From: Tetramitus jugosus | Taxonomy: Eukaryota; Protista; Heterolobosea | Assembly (NCBI GenBank): GCA_937625935.1 | Contig: OW569387.1 | Location: 248,001 to 312,000, forward strand | Reading direction: 5' to 3' | DNA: 64,000 bases | Shown here: in pieces, positions 33,951 to 45,459 of the stretch | How the letters are laid out: each line of letters opens with the position of its first letter | Position numbering within the stretch: the stretch's first letter is position 1 | Notes under the pieces: generated by a model | What the model was told of the DNA's origin: nothing | What the model saw: the letters and a program-made list of their open reading frames with translations, nothing else | The model's database searches: none | Position numbers and translations under genes: made by a program

Positions 33951-35399
33951 ATGGAAGATCTGAAATTTCAACAGTGGTACTATGATTTGGAGGATCAGAG
34001 AAATGGTCCAGCCTCCACAGATGATCTCTTGGAATTCTTTGAGGAAGGGCTCATTTCGGCCGACACCTTCATTGAACGTTCAACGAACAATGACAAGGAA
34101 AAGGGCGCCAAGAAGCCACTACGGGAATTCACAGAGCTGTTTCAATACATTCAGCAGCAAATCAATGAGGGTGAAGAAGATAATTTTGTCATCACACCTG
34201 GCGAAAAAGCAAAGGAACAAGTCAAAAGCATAGGTGACAATATTGATCACCCATCAAAGACCAATCCACAAGAACAACAAGAACAACAAGAACAAGAAGG
34301 AGATGACATGGTCTATGTGGAATCATTGGGAAGCTATGTCACTAGTGACCACACCATGTTCTTCAATTATCAGACTCAACAATGGGAGCCACTGTCATTG
34401 GAGACACAAGAGGCATTGAACCGCATTGTTCAACAATCCATTTACTCCTCTGCAAAGTCTTCACAGTCTTCTGCTGCTGCTCAACGGGCACAAAACAAGT
34501 ATGATCAAGAGCTGTTGGCACTCAAGAAACAACAGAATGCAAGTGTATTTGTCAGTAATTTGTCAGACAAGGTGACTGTGAATGATTTGGTGTCCTATTT
34601 CTCAAAGTATGGCATTATTCAGACCAAGAGGTCAGAGACGAGTGATGAAGGAGTTCCCATGGTCCGTATTTATGTGGACGACAGTGGAAAATCACTCGGT
34701 TCGGCTCTGATTACCTACTTGCGCAAGGAATCTGTAAATTTGGTGATTGGATTGTTGGATGAGACGGAATGGATGGGAACGAAGATATCTGTGAAGCAAG
34801 CAACATTTTCTTCTCCTTCTTCATCGTCAACAAGCAATCCACAAGGTAGTGAATCTGGGGAAGCAGGAAAGGTCAGTAAGCGAAAATCAACCTCTGCTAC
34901 AGAAGACGCACATTATCAACAACGGAAGAGAGCCAAGAAGAGCAGCAGTCTCTCAAACAAGAATGCACAAAAGTTACAGTGGAGAGTGGAGGACGAAGAA
35001 GATGTTCGCTTTACGACAGGTGCACCATCTGATGATGCAGGAGCAAGACAATATATTGTAATATTGTTGCACATGTTTCATCCAAACGATGCTCTTAAAG
35101 ACCCCAATTTCTTTGTCTCGTTGAAGGAGGATGTCACAGAAGAAATGGAGAGCTATGCTCCTGTGGAACGTGTTAAACTATTTAAGAATTCGAGGGATGG
35201 TGTAATAGAAGTGCGGTTCAAGCACGGATTAATTACAGATGATCAATTCCATTTCGTGCTTCAGAAATTCAATGGGCGCTATTTCGCAGGAAGAGCCATC
35301 ACTGCTAGATCAGGCAATGGCAGAGAACATTGGATAGATGTTGAAGATGACGAAGAAAGCCGGCACGAAGCATTCGGGAAATCTCTCGAGCAAATTTAG
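33951..35399 (+). CDS. HTATSF1: HIV Tat-specific factor 1 / Cus2 homolog (GYF-like plus two RRM/UHM domains)
   Basis: WYY...RNGP, SVFVSNL..FSKYGII..ALITYLRKESV, IVILLHMFHP..LKEDVTEE..FNGRYFAGR; start at 33951 inferred. Confidence 0.85.
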   Translation: MEDLKFQQWYYDLEDQRNGPASTDDLLEFFEEGLISADTFIERSTNNDKEKGAKKPLREFTELFQYIQQQINEGEEDNFVITPGEKAKEQVKSIGDNIDHPSKTNPQEQQEQQEQEGDDMVYVESLGSYVTSDHTMFFNYQTQQWEPLSLETQEALNRIVQQSIYSSAKSSQSSAAAQRAQNKYDQELLALKKQQNASVFVSNLSDKVTVNDLVSYFSKYGIIQTKRSETSDEGVPMVRIYVDDSGKSLGSALITYLRKESVNLVIGLLDETEWMGTKISVKQATFSSPSSSSTSNPQGSESGEAGKVSKRKSTSATEDAHYQQRKRAKKSSSLSNKNAQKLQWRVEDEEDVRFTTGAPSDDAGARQYIVILLHMFHPNDALKDPNFFVSLKEDVTEEMESYAPVERVKLFKNSRDGVIEVRFKHGLITDDQFHFVLQKFNGRYFAGRAITARSGNGREHWIDVEDDEESRHEAFGKSLEQI

Positions 35400-35574
35400 G
35401 TAAATTTGGTATTTTTTTGAGCTCAAAGTTCGAGTGTTCCTCACCCACTCTTGGCTTTCCTGTCACCCTTCATGTAGTGGGGGAGCGCACTTCCTTATCG
35501 TGTTCTCTCCTCCAAGACCACTGTGACACAACACAAAGAAAACGCGAGTTGGAATTGCAACAAAGTGAATACCA

Positions 35575-38500
35575 ATGACGATGAAAAGTGGGTCAAGTCC
35601 AACAACCATTTGGACGACATTAATCGTTGTCCTCAACGTCCTATTGTTTGTCATTCTGCTCTCTAATGAGAAACATGGTGTAGTTTGTACTCTTGACTAC
35701 AATATGGGTCATTTTCAGACTCTCATTAACACAACAAGTGGTGTTGCTGCCGATGTGGACTCATTGGACAAGAAGCTCAATTACTTCTTGTACAATACTA
35801 CTGCCATGCTCATTTATCATCGTAATACATTGTCAGAGAAACCTTTTGGTCCTTGTCCCTCTAACAGTGTGCCTGATCATACTGACCAACTCGTATGGTA
35901 CAACTTGGGAACTCAATCGTGTGGACATCATATCGACGTCACAGAGAGTATGCTTGATATCCAATACTCTTCATGTGATGGCATTACCATTGTCATGGCA
36001 TTCCGGGCTCTTACTGATGTACCTCAGTATGGAGTAGCTGCTGGAGGATCGAACACACTGGTAATTGTGAAGCAGAAGGCGGATAGCGACATCTCTACTG
36101 CAATTGTTAAGACTGTAGTTCTTCCATCTGAGTATGTTACATTAGAAGGAATTAACGTCGACTGTGAATCGGGTGATGTTTATGTACATGGTAGCTTTGA
36201 AGGATCTGTTTCTGTTTGCCATTCAACAGCAATGGTAGACATTTTGTGCTTTGACTCCAAGATGGCCAATTCGACTGAACTCACTATTCACTCATCCATT
36301 TTAGCGAATGGAGAATTGTTTCTTGTTGGTGCGTACCAGTCACTTGATCCTCAATTCCCAAAGGACCAATATGGAGTTATCCTACAGTATGAGAATGGAA
36401 AAATCACAAGAATTGGTGTGACATGGGATTCCATTGTTGGTGGTTCCATCTCCCAGATCATCTACAAGAATAACATTTTGATTGTCTCTACTCTGACAGC
36501 AGGCAACACCACAATATACTCCAACATGCCTGATCAAGAAGAGTACAATTTTCTTCAAACAATATCAGGATCAGATGGTAGGAATCAAATGATCATTGGC
36601 TTCAATGCATCTTCAGACACTGTCAGTATTGAGTGGTCCAGGAGCTATCCCAATGTTCAAAATAGTTACATGTCCTTACATGATTATTTTAATGATGACT
36701 ATATCCTCTACACTGTGTCATTTGAGAATCACACAGAAATCGGCGATGAAACAGTACTATCTGATCCATCTGCACAGTTCTCCACGTTGTTGATTCGAGA
36801 TGATATTCACAGTAATATGAGAAGAAAGATTGTTTCATTCGAAACTGGTATGGAGAGCAACGCTGTTGTTGTCCGTGGTTCCAATAAGATCTTTTATTTG
36901 CTTGGATATAATAGTGAGTCTCTGGTTTTGAATGGAGGAAAGGCAGAAAATGTAGAAGGAATCAGATTTTATGTTGGAGGAGTGTCTGGTTTTATATATT
37001 TCTGTGATGATTTATCAGACAGTGATCCATCTGTGTGCTCTGGTCGTGGAAGGTGTCAAGATGATGAATGCATTTGCGTCAATCCCACTGAATACTCTGG
37101 TCAAAATTGTAATACACCTGTGTGTTACAAGGAAATTGGATGTGGCAAAAATGGTACATGTGAAAGTCCTAACGATTGTCGTTGTCATGAGGGCTTCTAT
37201 GGTTATCAGTGTCAATTATCAAATATCAAGTTGAATCTTGTAGCAAACCAGTCAGTGATCTGGAATCGACATATTTACTTGGGATTGGTTGGTGAAATTT
37301 ATCCCCCAGATTACCTTGGTTTGTTCGAATTCGCGTGGTCTTTCGTTGATTTGAACAATTCATCGAACATTCGTAACTATATGGTTGATGCTCCAGCAAA
37401 GAATCACATTGTTTTGAGTGCTTCAGATGCTGAACCGAACCAACGATTTACGATAGCTTTGAGAGCGACATACCAAAATATGATAATCGAAGATGAAATA
37501 GAAATCAAAGCAAGCAGTCCACCTGTGGGTGGCGACTTCCATGTGACCCACGAAGGAGCTGGCAGAGCTTTCTTTGACAAGTTTACTCTCACTGTTGGAA
37601 ACTGGACAAGTGCAGATCGGGATGAAGTAATGTATCAGTTCGGGTATTCGATCGCAAGTCATGTCACTTACACCACTCCAACCTTTTCATCTGCCAAGAG
37701 TTTTGACATGACACTCCCTGATGCTGGTGAGTATCGATTTTTTGTCAAGGTAAAATCCTTCACTGGAGAAACACTAGAATTGGAACAGAATATTGGAGTT
37801 GCTGAAGTCACTAATTCAGAAGAAGTCACTAATTTAATATCACATGGATTGAATGGATTGCTCGCTAATCAAACAACTGAAGCTCTGGTCACACAATTGA
37901 CAACTCTGATAACATGGCTTACCAGTGAGCAAGTAAACTCAGTCATTGGAGTCAATCAAACGATCAACTATATTGATTCAGTTCTCCAATTCCTTGCTAC
38001 CAACGGCAGTATTGTACCAGCAAACGTCCAAGTGAACAGTATTGGTATCCTCAGCGAATTGAGCGATTCATTGTCTGTTGCTAGTCAAATTCAAATGGCC
38101 AATATCCTGGCCTTGGCATTGAACAGTTCTGACGAATCAGTAATGTATGTTGCAAAAGCAGCATCGATAAATTTAGCCAACAGTATGCTTGTACCCAACA
38201 GTACGATCCCTCGAAAACAAGCTTTTGAATCACTGGTTTCTGCCTTGATGCTTAAACTAAGGAGTTATTTGGCCGAGGAAGAAACTACGTTGTTCTGGAG
38301 TTTATTCTATGGAACCATGGCGACTCGAGTACGAGCTAATTCTTCTGAATTAACTGTCGACTTTAACTTCAATTTTACTCCAGCTCGAAAATTGAAATCC
38401 AGTCAGAACGTGGTGGTGACCGTTGATAGACAAGTGCTTAATAATGTTGTTGCGAATGACCCTAGCATGTTCGTGCAAGCAAACATCAACGCCAACTCAA

Positions 38501-39114
38501 TCAATGGATACGATGCGCTATGTAACACAAATGTAGCTTCTTCTGCCATCTCTGTTCAGCTCTTTAGCCAAAATCAAGCACATGTGACTCATGTTGGAGT
38601 GATAGACGATCCATTATTCCATGCCACTATAACTCCAAGCCAGTCTCTCAATTCAAGCTCGTATCAATACACCTGTCGCTTCTTTGACAACGCAATGTTA
38701 GTATGGAAGAATGACAGCTCTATATGTTCGACTAAGATGAGCAATCCACCTGGATCAAGGAGCCTGGCCAGCGGTGACGTGACTTGTACTTGCTATCAAC
38801 CTGTGTCTGTTGTGGTCTCTCTTGATTATGTCCAGGATACGACGGAAGTAGAAGGACAAACAGGTAGTGTTTGTACAAATCCCTGTGGATGCAACAAAAT
38901 ATTGGATGGTAGCAAGAGACTAGCATCGTGGAAGATTGCCCTGATCATACTCGGAATCCTTACTGCAATTCTCATCCCCATCATACTTGTGATTGTTCTG
39001 ATCGCTGTCGTGATTCAATACAGCACCAGAAAGAAGTACGACATTTCTAAAAACAAGAAGCAGAAGTCTTCTCACAGAACTCAAATCACTGAAATGGATC
39101 ATTATGACATTTAA
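35575..39114 (+). CDS. Single-pass surface protein with EGF-like, REJ/PKD-like and GPS-like domains
   Basis: N-terminal signal, two EGF repeats, SPPVGG..FTL..NW..YQFGY (REJ-like), CRFFD..W..C..CTC (GPS-like), C-terminal TM. Confidence 0.8.
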   Translation: MTMKSGSSPTTIWTTLIVVLNVLLFVILLSNEKHGVVCTLDYNMGHFQTLINTTSGVAADVDSLDKKLNYFLYNTTAMLIYHRNTLSEKPFGPCPSNSVPDHTDQLVWYNLGTQSCGHHIDVTESMLDIQYSSCDGITIVMAFRALTDVPQYGVAAGGSNTLVIVKQKADSDISTAIVKTVVLPSEYVTLEGINVDCESGDVYVHGSFEGSVSVCHSTAMVDILCFDSKMANSTELTIHSSILANGELFLVGAYQSLDPQFPKDQYGVILQYENGKITRIGVTWDSIVGGSISQIIYKNNILIVSTLTAGNTTIYSNMPDQEEYNFLQTISGSDGRNQMIIGFNASSDTVSIEWSRSYPNVQNSYMSLHDYFNDDYILYTVSFENHTEIGDETVLSDPSAQFSTLLIRDDIHSNMRRKIVSFETGMESNAVVVRGSNKIFYLLGYNSESLVLNGGKAENVEGIRFYVGGVSGFIYFCDDLSDSDPSVCSGRGRCQDDECICVNPTEYSGQNCNTPVCYKEIGCGKNGTCESPNDCRCHEGFYGYQCQLSNIKLNLVANQSVIWNRHIYLGLVGEIYPPDYLGLFEFAWSFVDLNNSSNIRNYMVDAPAKNHIVLSASDAEPNQRFTIALRATYQNMIIEDEIEIKASSPPVGGDFHVTHEGAGRAFFDKFTLTVGNWTSADRDEVMYQFGYSIASHVTYTTPTFSSAKSFDMTLPDAGEYRFFVKVKSFTGETLELEQNIGVAEVTNSEEVTNLISHGLNGLLANQTTEALVTQLTTLITWLTSEQVNSVIGVNQTINYIDSVLQFLATNGSIVPANVQVNSIGILSELSDSLSVASQIQMANILALALNSSDESVMYVAKAASINLANSMLVPNSTIPRKQAFESLVSALMLKLRSYLAEEETTLFWSLFYGTMATRVRANSSELTVDFNFNFTPARKLKSSQNVVVTVDRQVLNNVVANDPSMFVQANINANSINGYDALCNTNVASSAISVQLFSQNQAHVTHVGVIDDPLFHATITPSQSLNSSSYQYTCRFFDNAMLVWKNDSSICSTKMSNPPGSRSLASGDVTCTCYQPVSVVVSLDYVQDTTEVEGQTGSVCTNPCGCNKILDGSKRLASWKIALIILGILTAILIPIILVIVLIAVVIQYSTRKKYDISKNKKQKSSHRTQITEMDHYDI

Positions 39115-39247
39115 GTGAGCATTGTGGCACTATCCCTCACTCACGAATAAAAACACGATCATAAGTTCTAATATTAGTCTGCTTCGAATAATTTTTGGAG
39201 CAATCATCAAGTTGCAACAAAGAAGAAAACAAGATCACATTGACAAA

Positions 39248-40684
39248 ATGATCACAAAACGATCGTCGACGAAGCCATCTTCATTGTCTGGCTCTGGAAG
39301 TGAGGAGACATCTCCATTGACCTCCCACAAGAAAAACAAGTCATCAGGTACCAAACACTCTGCCTCCATTACAAGTAAGCTACTCTTCTCTGTTTTGATC
39401 CTCGGGTTGACTGTGCTCCTCATCTACTACTTGATTATTCTGTTCAAGAGTGGTGGTACTTCATTCTTTGAGAAAACCAATGAACCAAGCATATTGATTC
39501 ATCAAGAAGATGATACTCAATCTGTAGTAGGTGGTGCAAAAGAACAAGCAGAGAAGCATTTGCCCAATTTACATGAACAAAAGGATTTTTATCTAAAGGA
39601 AAAGTTTATTACAAGTGGGAGCAGTATTGAAAATAATTTGGATAGCTTACAAATTTATCATGATGGAAAAAACAATGATTGGATTATTGCAACGTCGAAA
39701 GCAAGTAATTCTCTCTTTCTTTTTGATGCTCACAATGGTCAATTGTTGAAGCAAATCAAGTCCGAGTCAATGTTGCGACCAAATGGTGTCTTTTTGTTTC
39801 CAACGCTCAATAATCAACCACCGTCGTTGGTAGCAGTGGTGGAGCGAGATGGTCACAAGGTTCAAATTCTCAGTTTACCATCGTTTCAACCAGTGTATAC
39901 GTTCGGACAAAATGTGTTGAAGAGACCGTATGGTCTCGCGATTCAATCACTGTCGATGAATCAGATTGATAAGGAGAAAAAAGTACGAACGGAGAAATAT
40001 AGAATTTTTGTAACTGACAATTTCATGGAACAGCAATATGATGCTGTGAAGGGAAAAATGTCATTCTCCAAGCTACCTCCCATTGATGAATTAGATGGTC
40101 GTGTCAAAGTGTTCCTGGCCACAGTGGAAATCAACTCTGAGAATGACAATGCTGTTCGTGTCGCGTCGGTGCAGTACGAGAGAAGCTTTGGTGAGAATGA
40201 GGTTGGTGATCGAGGTGCGCTCAAAGTAGTTGAATCGATCGTTGTTGATCCACAATACAATCGATTGTTGATTGCTGATGAACACGAGTCGTCATGGGAC
40301 GTTAAGATTTATGATTTGGATACTCTGCGCTTCTCTGGTGATACACTGGGCAATAAGATGGATGAGACGCAGTTGATGAAGTTCAATGCCGAACCGGAAG
40401 GCATTGCATTGTACGCGTGCTCTCCAACAGAAGGCTACTATATATTTACGGAACAACTGTTGTCTCTGACACGGTTCCATGTGTTGAACAGACGCGATTT
40501 CAAATACTTGGGTACATTCACGGGTCATGTGACAAGGAAGACTGATGGTATCGCAGTGACCAACCAGAGTTTTGGAGAATATAAAGGAGGAATGTTCGTT
40601 GCGATCCATGATGACTCATCAGTTTCCGCATGGAAATGGTCGGATATTGCTGATGCCTTGGGGCTGTCCTGTGCCCCACATTAA
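39248..40684 (+). CDS. Beta-propeller phytase-like protein with N-terminal membrane anchor
   Basis: WIIATSK, VESIVVD..LLIADE, EPEGIALY, TDGIAVT..GGMFVAIHDD. Confidence 0.8.
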   Translation: MITKRSSTKPSSLSGSGSEETSPLTSHKKNKSSGTKHSASITSKLLFSVLILGLTVLLIYYLIILFKSGGTSFFEKTNEPSILIHQEDDTQSVVGGAKEQAEKHLPNLHEQKDFYLKEKFITSGSSIENNLDSLQIYHDGKNNDWIIATSKASNSLFLFDAHNGQLLKQIKSESMLRPNGVFLFPTLNNQPPSLVAVVERDGHKVQILSLPSFQPVYTFGQNVLKRPYGLAIQSLSMNQIDKEKKVRTEKYRIFVTDNFMEQQYDAVKGKMSFSKLPPIDELDGRVKVFLATVEINSENDNAVRVASVQYERSFGENEVGDRGALKVVESIVVDPQYNRLLIADEHESSWDVKIYDLDTLRFSGDTLGNKMDETQLMKFNAEPEGIALYACSPTEGYYIFTEQLLSLTRFHVLNRRDFKYLGTFTGHVTRKTDGIAVTNQSFGEYKGGMFVAIHDDSSVSAWKWSDIADALGLSCAPH

Positions 40685-40755
40685 CATGTTTTTCTATAGA
40701 TAAAGTGATGCACTTGCAGTTTTGCGGAGGACATATTTATTCAAGGATATTGCAG

Positions 40756-41853
40756 TCATTCACTGTCATCATCACGGCCAGAGGAGAAATCAGAGTCATA
40801 TTCTTGCTCATCATGTGAGAACTTTGTTCTCTTGGCCTGAGGTTCGAATATGGTGTCCTCATCTCCTTCATCGTCCGAATCTTCAAAAGTATGTTGCACA
40901 GAAGAAGGTTTTTCACGGCTACGAGCAAGTGCCTCCCTTAATTTTGAGGCAAGTGGATGAGTATCATCCAAAGAAATAGATCCCAGAGACAGATTTGGAC
41001 TACAATTTTCGAGGAGAAACAGTGCTACATCATACATGTTGGGATCATTCAAGCATAGCTGAAGTGCTGTTCTTTGTTGACGTGTTTGGATATTGATTAC
41101 TCCTTTGCGCATACTGTGCATCAATTTGAGAGCTTCCAAATCTTTCAACCTTGCAGCGAGATGAACCACTGTAAATGATGTGACCGAAGGATTGAACATT
41201 GGTTCAGAGGAATTGGAAGTCAACTCCTTATCAAACTCAATGGTAAACACTCGAATACCAGCATCATTGTACAACAATGGAAGCATCTGAGATAATCTCC
41301 TGTCTCTGCACAGTTTCTCAAACATGAACAGTGCTCTGGGATAGATTGGACCCGCAATACCATCAATCGAATTTCAAAAAGAGCTATTGTATCGACACTC
41401 GCTCAGGAACACGTCCAATACTTCCTTTGGAGTACTTTGATCCATCAAGTGTATCACCATGCAATAAAAGAAGCCATCTGTCACATGCCTACTGAACAAA
41501 AATCCATATTGCTCCATGAGTCGACGACTGCCACGAACAATCCAAGACAAGAATGCCCTTGTTAACCCACTAACATGTCCTTGCAATTCCATGTCTGATC
41601 TCATCTCATTCGACAGCTTTCCAAAATAATTGACATAGAAGTCAATATTGTTCGGCAATGAGTCTGGAAAACTACCATCTAACAATTCGAAGAACCTGGA
41701 GGCCAGAGTAGTGGATACGCCGTGTACAAAGGAGCACGTATGGCGAAAACTAAAACGGTCATGCAATGTGTTGAGGTACTGAGCAATCAGGGGAACAGTA
41801 TCATCAGGCAAGCTCGTCAGAGAAATCATCTTTGTTGTGTTTTCTGCAGGCAT
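40756..41853 (-). pseudogene. F-box plus ankyrin-like gene interrupted by one in-frame TGA (41374-41376)
   Basis: LTSLPDDTVPLIAQYL..FRHTC F-box; frame continues past TGA (NSIDGIAGPIYPRALF) into ORF 40756-41325 with TVVHLAA, RTALQL. Confidence 0.65.
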
Positions 41854-41961
41854 GTAAATTGGGAAAGACGATCCTCTCTCACGAAAAAGATGGAGGTAAT
41901 TATTCTCCGCTGTTCACAAAATTGTGTTCCAGTCGTTTTTTTGCAGAAACCCAACAGACGT

Positions 41962-42933
41962 ATGAAGTTCGATCACTTGGCCGAGGATGTGTTGAGAGAG
42001 CTTCTTCTCTTCTTGCATGTTGAAGATCTTCACAGTGTTCTTCTTGCCAATCGTTATCTGAACCTGGTTGCAGACTCTGAAACCCAATGGCGTCTCGTGT
42101 ACCAGTCATTGGCCACATGTGTTGTCACTCCTGCCAAGTTGGATGATGACAATCAGATGATTGTGGATTCAGATGATAGTGATGATGTACCACCTACTAC
42201 CACTACTACTAGCAAGGACTTTGCTTCTCCTTTAGATGTGCTGCGTAACCACGACAAGCTTTTTCCTAGGCAGACATGGAAGTTCAATGTGCAAATGACA
42301 ACGCGTCACAGATGGGGTTCATTCTTTATTGACGCAAAGGGCAAAAAGATTATGAATCCAATGGATCCAATCATTGACAAGAGTGGAAAGGTGCTTCGCT
42401 TCATCGAAAACGAGTCTGAGAGAGTGAACAGAATCGCAAACACGGTGAGACCTATTAACACAGCAGGAACAACAAGGATTGACCTCAAAGTGCAAATGTG
42501 TATCAGTGATAAGTCGAAAGCTAGCTCTGTTCACTCCTTTTGCTCCGGCTGGGTACTGCTGGGAATTGTCGAAGAGAAAATTTTGCGCAAGTTGTACAAG
42601 AGTAAGAAACGAACATCTGCTTACCTGGGAGGGTTTGAACTGGGAGAAAATCTTGGTTATGCCAACAATGGTTACTTTTACAGGAACAACCATGATCAAT
42701 GGACTGACCAGTTCTATTCTGGTGATGTAATAACATTTATTGTTGATGCCGAAGATGGAAAGGCTTCAGAGGGAAAACGCAAATTTGGACGTTTGACTTG
42801 CTTACTCAATGGAGTTGAGCTTAAAGAACGGTCATTCACAGGTGTGTTTGCAAGCTCTGAATCTAGAATCTACTTTTGTACTCAAGTGAGTGAAGCATGT
42901 CATGAAAATGGTATCACCACAACCATTCAATAA
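41962..42933 (+). CDS. F-box protein with SPRY-like C-terminal domain
   Basis: FDHLAEDVLRELLLFLHVEDLHSVLLANR..W; LGYANNG..FYSGDVITFIVD..LNG. Confidence 0.75.
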   Translation: MKFDHLAEDVLRELLLFLHVEDLHSVLLANRYLNLVADSETQWRLVYQSLATCVVTPAKLDDDNQMIVDSDDSDDVPPTTTTTSKDFASPLDVLRNHDKLFPRQTWKFNVQMTTRHRWGSFFIDAKGKKIMNPMDPIIDKSGKVLRFIENESERVNRIANTVRPINTAGTTRIDLKVQMCISDKSKASSVHSFCSGWVLLGIVEEKILRKLYKSKKRTSAYLGGFELGENLGYANNGYFYRNNHDQWTDQFYSGDVITFIVDAEDGKASEGKRKFGRLTCLLNGVELKERSFTGVFASSESRIYFCTQVSEACHENGITTTIQ

Positions 42934-43085
42934 ACAATAAGAATGATCCAGAGCCAAAATGCGGAAGTTCGTAAATGAAACGAATCTCGAAGCTCCAATG
43001 AGCAAAATACGGAAATAGGGCAATTATACATTTGAGTGCGTGCGACCCGCTCAATGCGGAAATAGTGCAATTTGGAATGAAGAGC

Positions 43086-43204
43086 GTCTACGTTCATACA
43101 ATGGTGGAACCACCTCTTCCCATTTCGAATAGAGAAGTTAAGCACCATCTGGCTGAGTTAGTATTGAGATAGGAGACTACTCGAGAACCCTCAGTAATGT
43201 CGGC
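43086..43204 (+). rRNA. 5S rRNA gene, copy 1
   Basis: 119 nt with CATAC, GAAGTTAAGC, TTAGTA motifs and TTTT terminator; identical to copy 2 except one base in helix I. Confidence 0.92.
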
Positions 43205-43252
43205 TTTTGCACTGCATGGAAGAGCATTTTGTTCGGTGTAACTCCGTAAGAA

Positions 43253-43790
43253 CTAGTCTCCTATCTTAAGTGTGCCGCAACCAAGTGCACTCTGAACCTC
43301 GAGTATAGACCAAGTTGCCATTGGATCTGTTGCTGATTCTCTTTTACTGTACTGATAATGTATCCTGTCATTGGATTCTTGATCACATCCAGTGTAAGTC
43401 TCTCTCCGAACGCCAGTCAAATACTGAAATGCATTATCTGTGATGCTCGTACAATAACTCATATGAAGTGTGTGAATACCAACCAAATGAGTAAAAGCAT
43501 TATCGGTGATTTGTTTGCGATGACCTATAAAGAGAATGCTAGCTAAATAAGTGAAGGCATTGTCTGTAATATTCTCACAACCGCCCATAGAGAGTTTGTG
43601 AATGCCAGCAAAGCATAGAAATGCATCATCCGCAACCTGCGATGATGTGGAGTGAATTGTATTCCAGCCAAAATCTTGTTGGACATGAGCCATCGATTGA
43701 ATTTAAATTGATTGATTCCTTTGCAAGTGTAACTCATTCTCGAGTGTCACAAAACTCAATGACTTCCGACCAGGTATCCGTGCAAAGAGC
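43253..43790 (-). pseudogene. Decayed paralog of the F-box/LRR gene at 50730
   Basis: SYTCKGINQFKFNR, GIHKLSMGGCENITDNAF, GIHTLHMSYCTSITDNAF, with frameshifts and deletions. Confidence 0.85.
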
Positions 43791-44128
43791 ATTGTAGTTC
43801 CACACAAAAATGTTCAGCTGAAGTTTCCCCCAAGTTCCACAAAACCATAATAAAAACGGGTCATTTCATACTTACCATCTCTTTTGTTGCATCTCAGGTA
43901 AGCACTACAGCAATTTTCCTTATTCATTGTTCAAGAAAAATCCCGCGAGGGGTGGTTACTGTTTTGTCCATGTTACCCTTGCAATGCTGTTGATTACCTT
44001 TATTCTTCGTTGTCGTGAAACACCGATTTCTTATTCACTCCTCCAGATGGAATTTCCAGTCGAGTTCCTTTTTTTACTTCCCAGAAACTCAATCACTTTG
44101 GCAGAACAAACCAACATCTTTCATTATC

Positions 44129-45262
44129 ATGTCTGCAAGGAGTACGCATGATGTTGTAGGAGTTGATATCGGCACCGACAATGTTCGACTTTGTTATGTA
44201 AAAGACAATAACATATTTCTTAGGTCGTGTCCTTCGCATGTAGCCTTCGATGGTGATGAGATAGTAATCGGTGAAGAGGCAAAGAGGTGCTTTGATGTGA
44301 ACCATATTTACAATTTGAAATGCTTGCTGGGAAGAACATATTTTGGAGCTAAGGAAGCACTGGGAGCCCAACCTAACTTTGATTTGGTTCAATTGTCTGA
44401 TCGACCTTACATCCGGGTGCAGTCAGCAACCAAAATGAATTTTCTGTTGGTAGAAGATCTATTATCTATGATCGTTTCTAAATTGAAGGATGACATGAAT
44501 GTTGACACTGGACCGTTATCTCGTGCTGTGGTAACATGGCCAGGTTATTTTGCAGATACCCAGAGAACTTCCATCAGATTGGTCGTGGAAAATGCAGGGC
44601 TGAGATTGACCAGGGTAACCACAGATTCATCAAGTGCACTCATTGGATACCGAGTTGATGAGAAGTATAAGGCTAGTCAGAAATCTCATCGCATACTAGT
44701 ACTGGACATTGGCGCATCATTTAATATTAATGTTGTTTCCTTTGAAGAGGACTGTCCAGAAACGACATATTCATCTCAAAGTACAAATCTGGGAGGCAAC
44801 GCGCTGACTAAGAGAATCGTAGATCATGTTCACAATCAGTTCAAGCTACAGTACAAGAAAAGTCTATCAGACAATTCTAGCGCTCTCCAGAAACTTAAAT
44901 TGACTTGCGAAGAGGTAAAACATAAGCTATCTTTTGAGGAAGATGCTTTTGGTGAAGTGGCAAATTTGATAGACAATGTCGATTATGGAGTGAGGTTAAA
45001 TCGAGAGGGTTTTAATAACCTTTGCTCTGATCTCTTTCAAGGTATGGTTGGTTTCATTGATGAAACCCTACTACACGCAAAGTGTTCGAAATCAGAGGTG
45101 TCAGATATACTTTTGGTAGGCGGTTCTGTAGCAATTCCGAAGATACAGGAGGTCATCAGACAATTCTTTCGACAAACGACAAATATCATTGTCGACGATA
45201 ATCCAAGCACAATTAACGTACGTGGTGCTGCCATGATTGCAGAACGCATTTCATGCTTTTAG
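44129..45262 (+). CDS. Divergent Hsp70-family protein, nucleotide-binding domain only
   Basis: GVDIGT, PSHVAF, AVVTWPGYF, LGG, LLVGGS, RGAA then stop; no substrate-binding domain. Confidence 0.85.
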   Translation: MSARSTHDVVGVDIGTDNVRLCYVKDNNIFLRSCPSHVAFDGDEIVIGEEAKRCFDVNHIYNLKCLLGRTYFGAKEALGAQPNFDLVQLSDRPYIRVQSATKMNFLLVEDLLSMIVSKLKDDMNVDTGPLSRAVVTWPGYFADTQRTSIRLVVENAGLRLTRVTTDSSSALIGYRVDEKYKASQKSHRILVLDIGASFNINVVSFEEDCPETTYSSQSTNLGGNALTKRIVDHVHNQFKLQYKKSLSDNSSALQKLKLTCEEVKHKLSFEEDAFGEVANLIDNVDYGVRLNREGFNNLCSDLFQGMVGFIDETLLHAKCSKSEVSDILLVGGSVAIPKIQEVIRQFFRQTTNIIVDDNPSTINVRGAAMIAERISCF

Positions 45263-45340
45263 CCATCTATCCTAAGCTGGAAAGAATTTCAATTGGAGAG
45301 GGAGCTTTTCGACGAAATATTATTAAAACACCTTATCAAT

Positions 45341-45459
45341 GTCTACGTTCATACAATGGTGGAACCACCTCTTCCCATTTCGAATAGAGAAGTTAAGCAC
45401 CATCTGGCTGAGTTAGTATTGAGATAGGAGACTACTCGAGAACCCTCAGTAATGTAGGC
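45341..45459 (+). rRNA. 5S rRNA gene, copy 2
   Basis: Same sequence as copy 1; 5' GTCTAC pairs with 3' GTAGGC; TTTT terminator; AT-rich box about 20-25 bp upstream. Confidence 0.93.
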
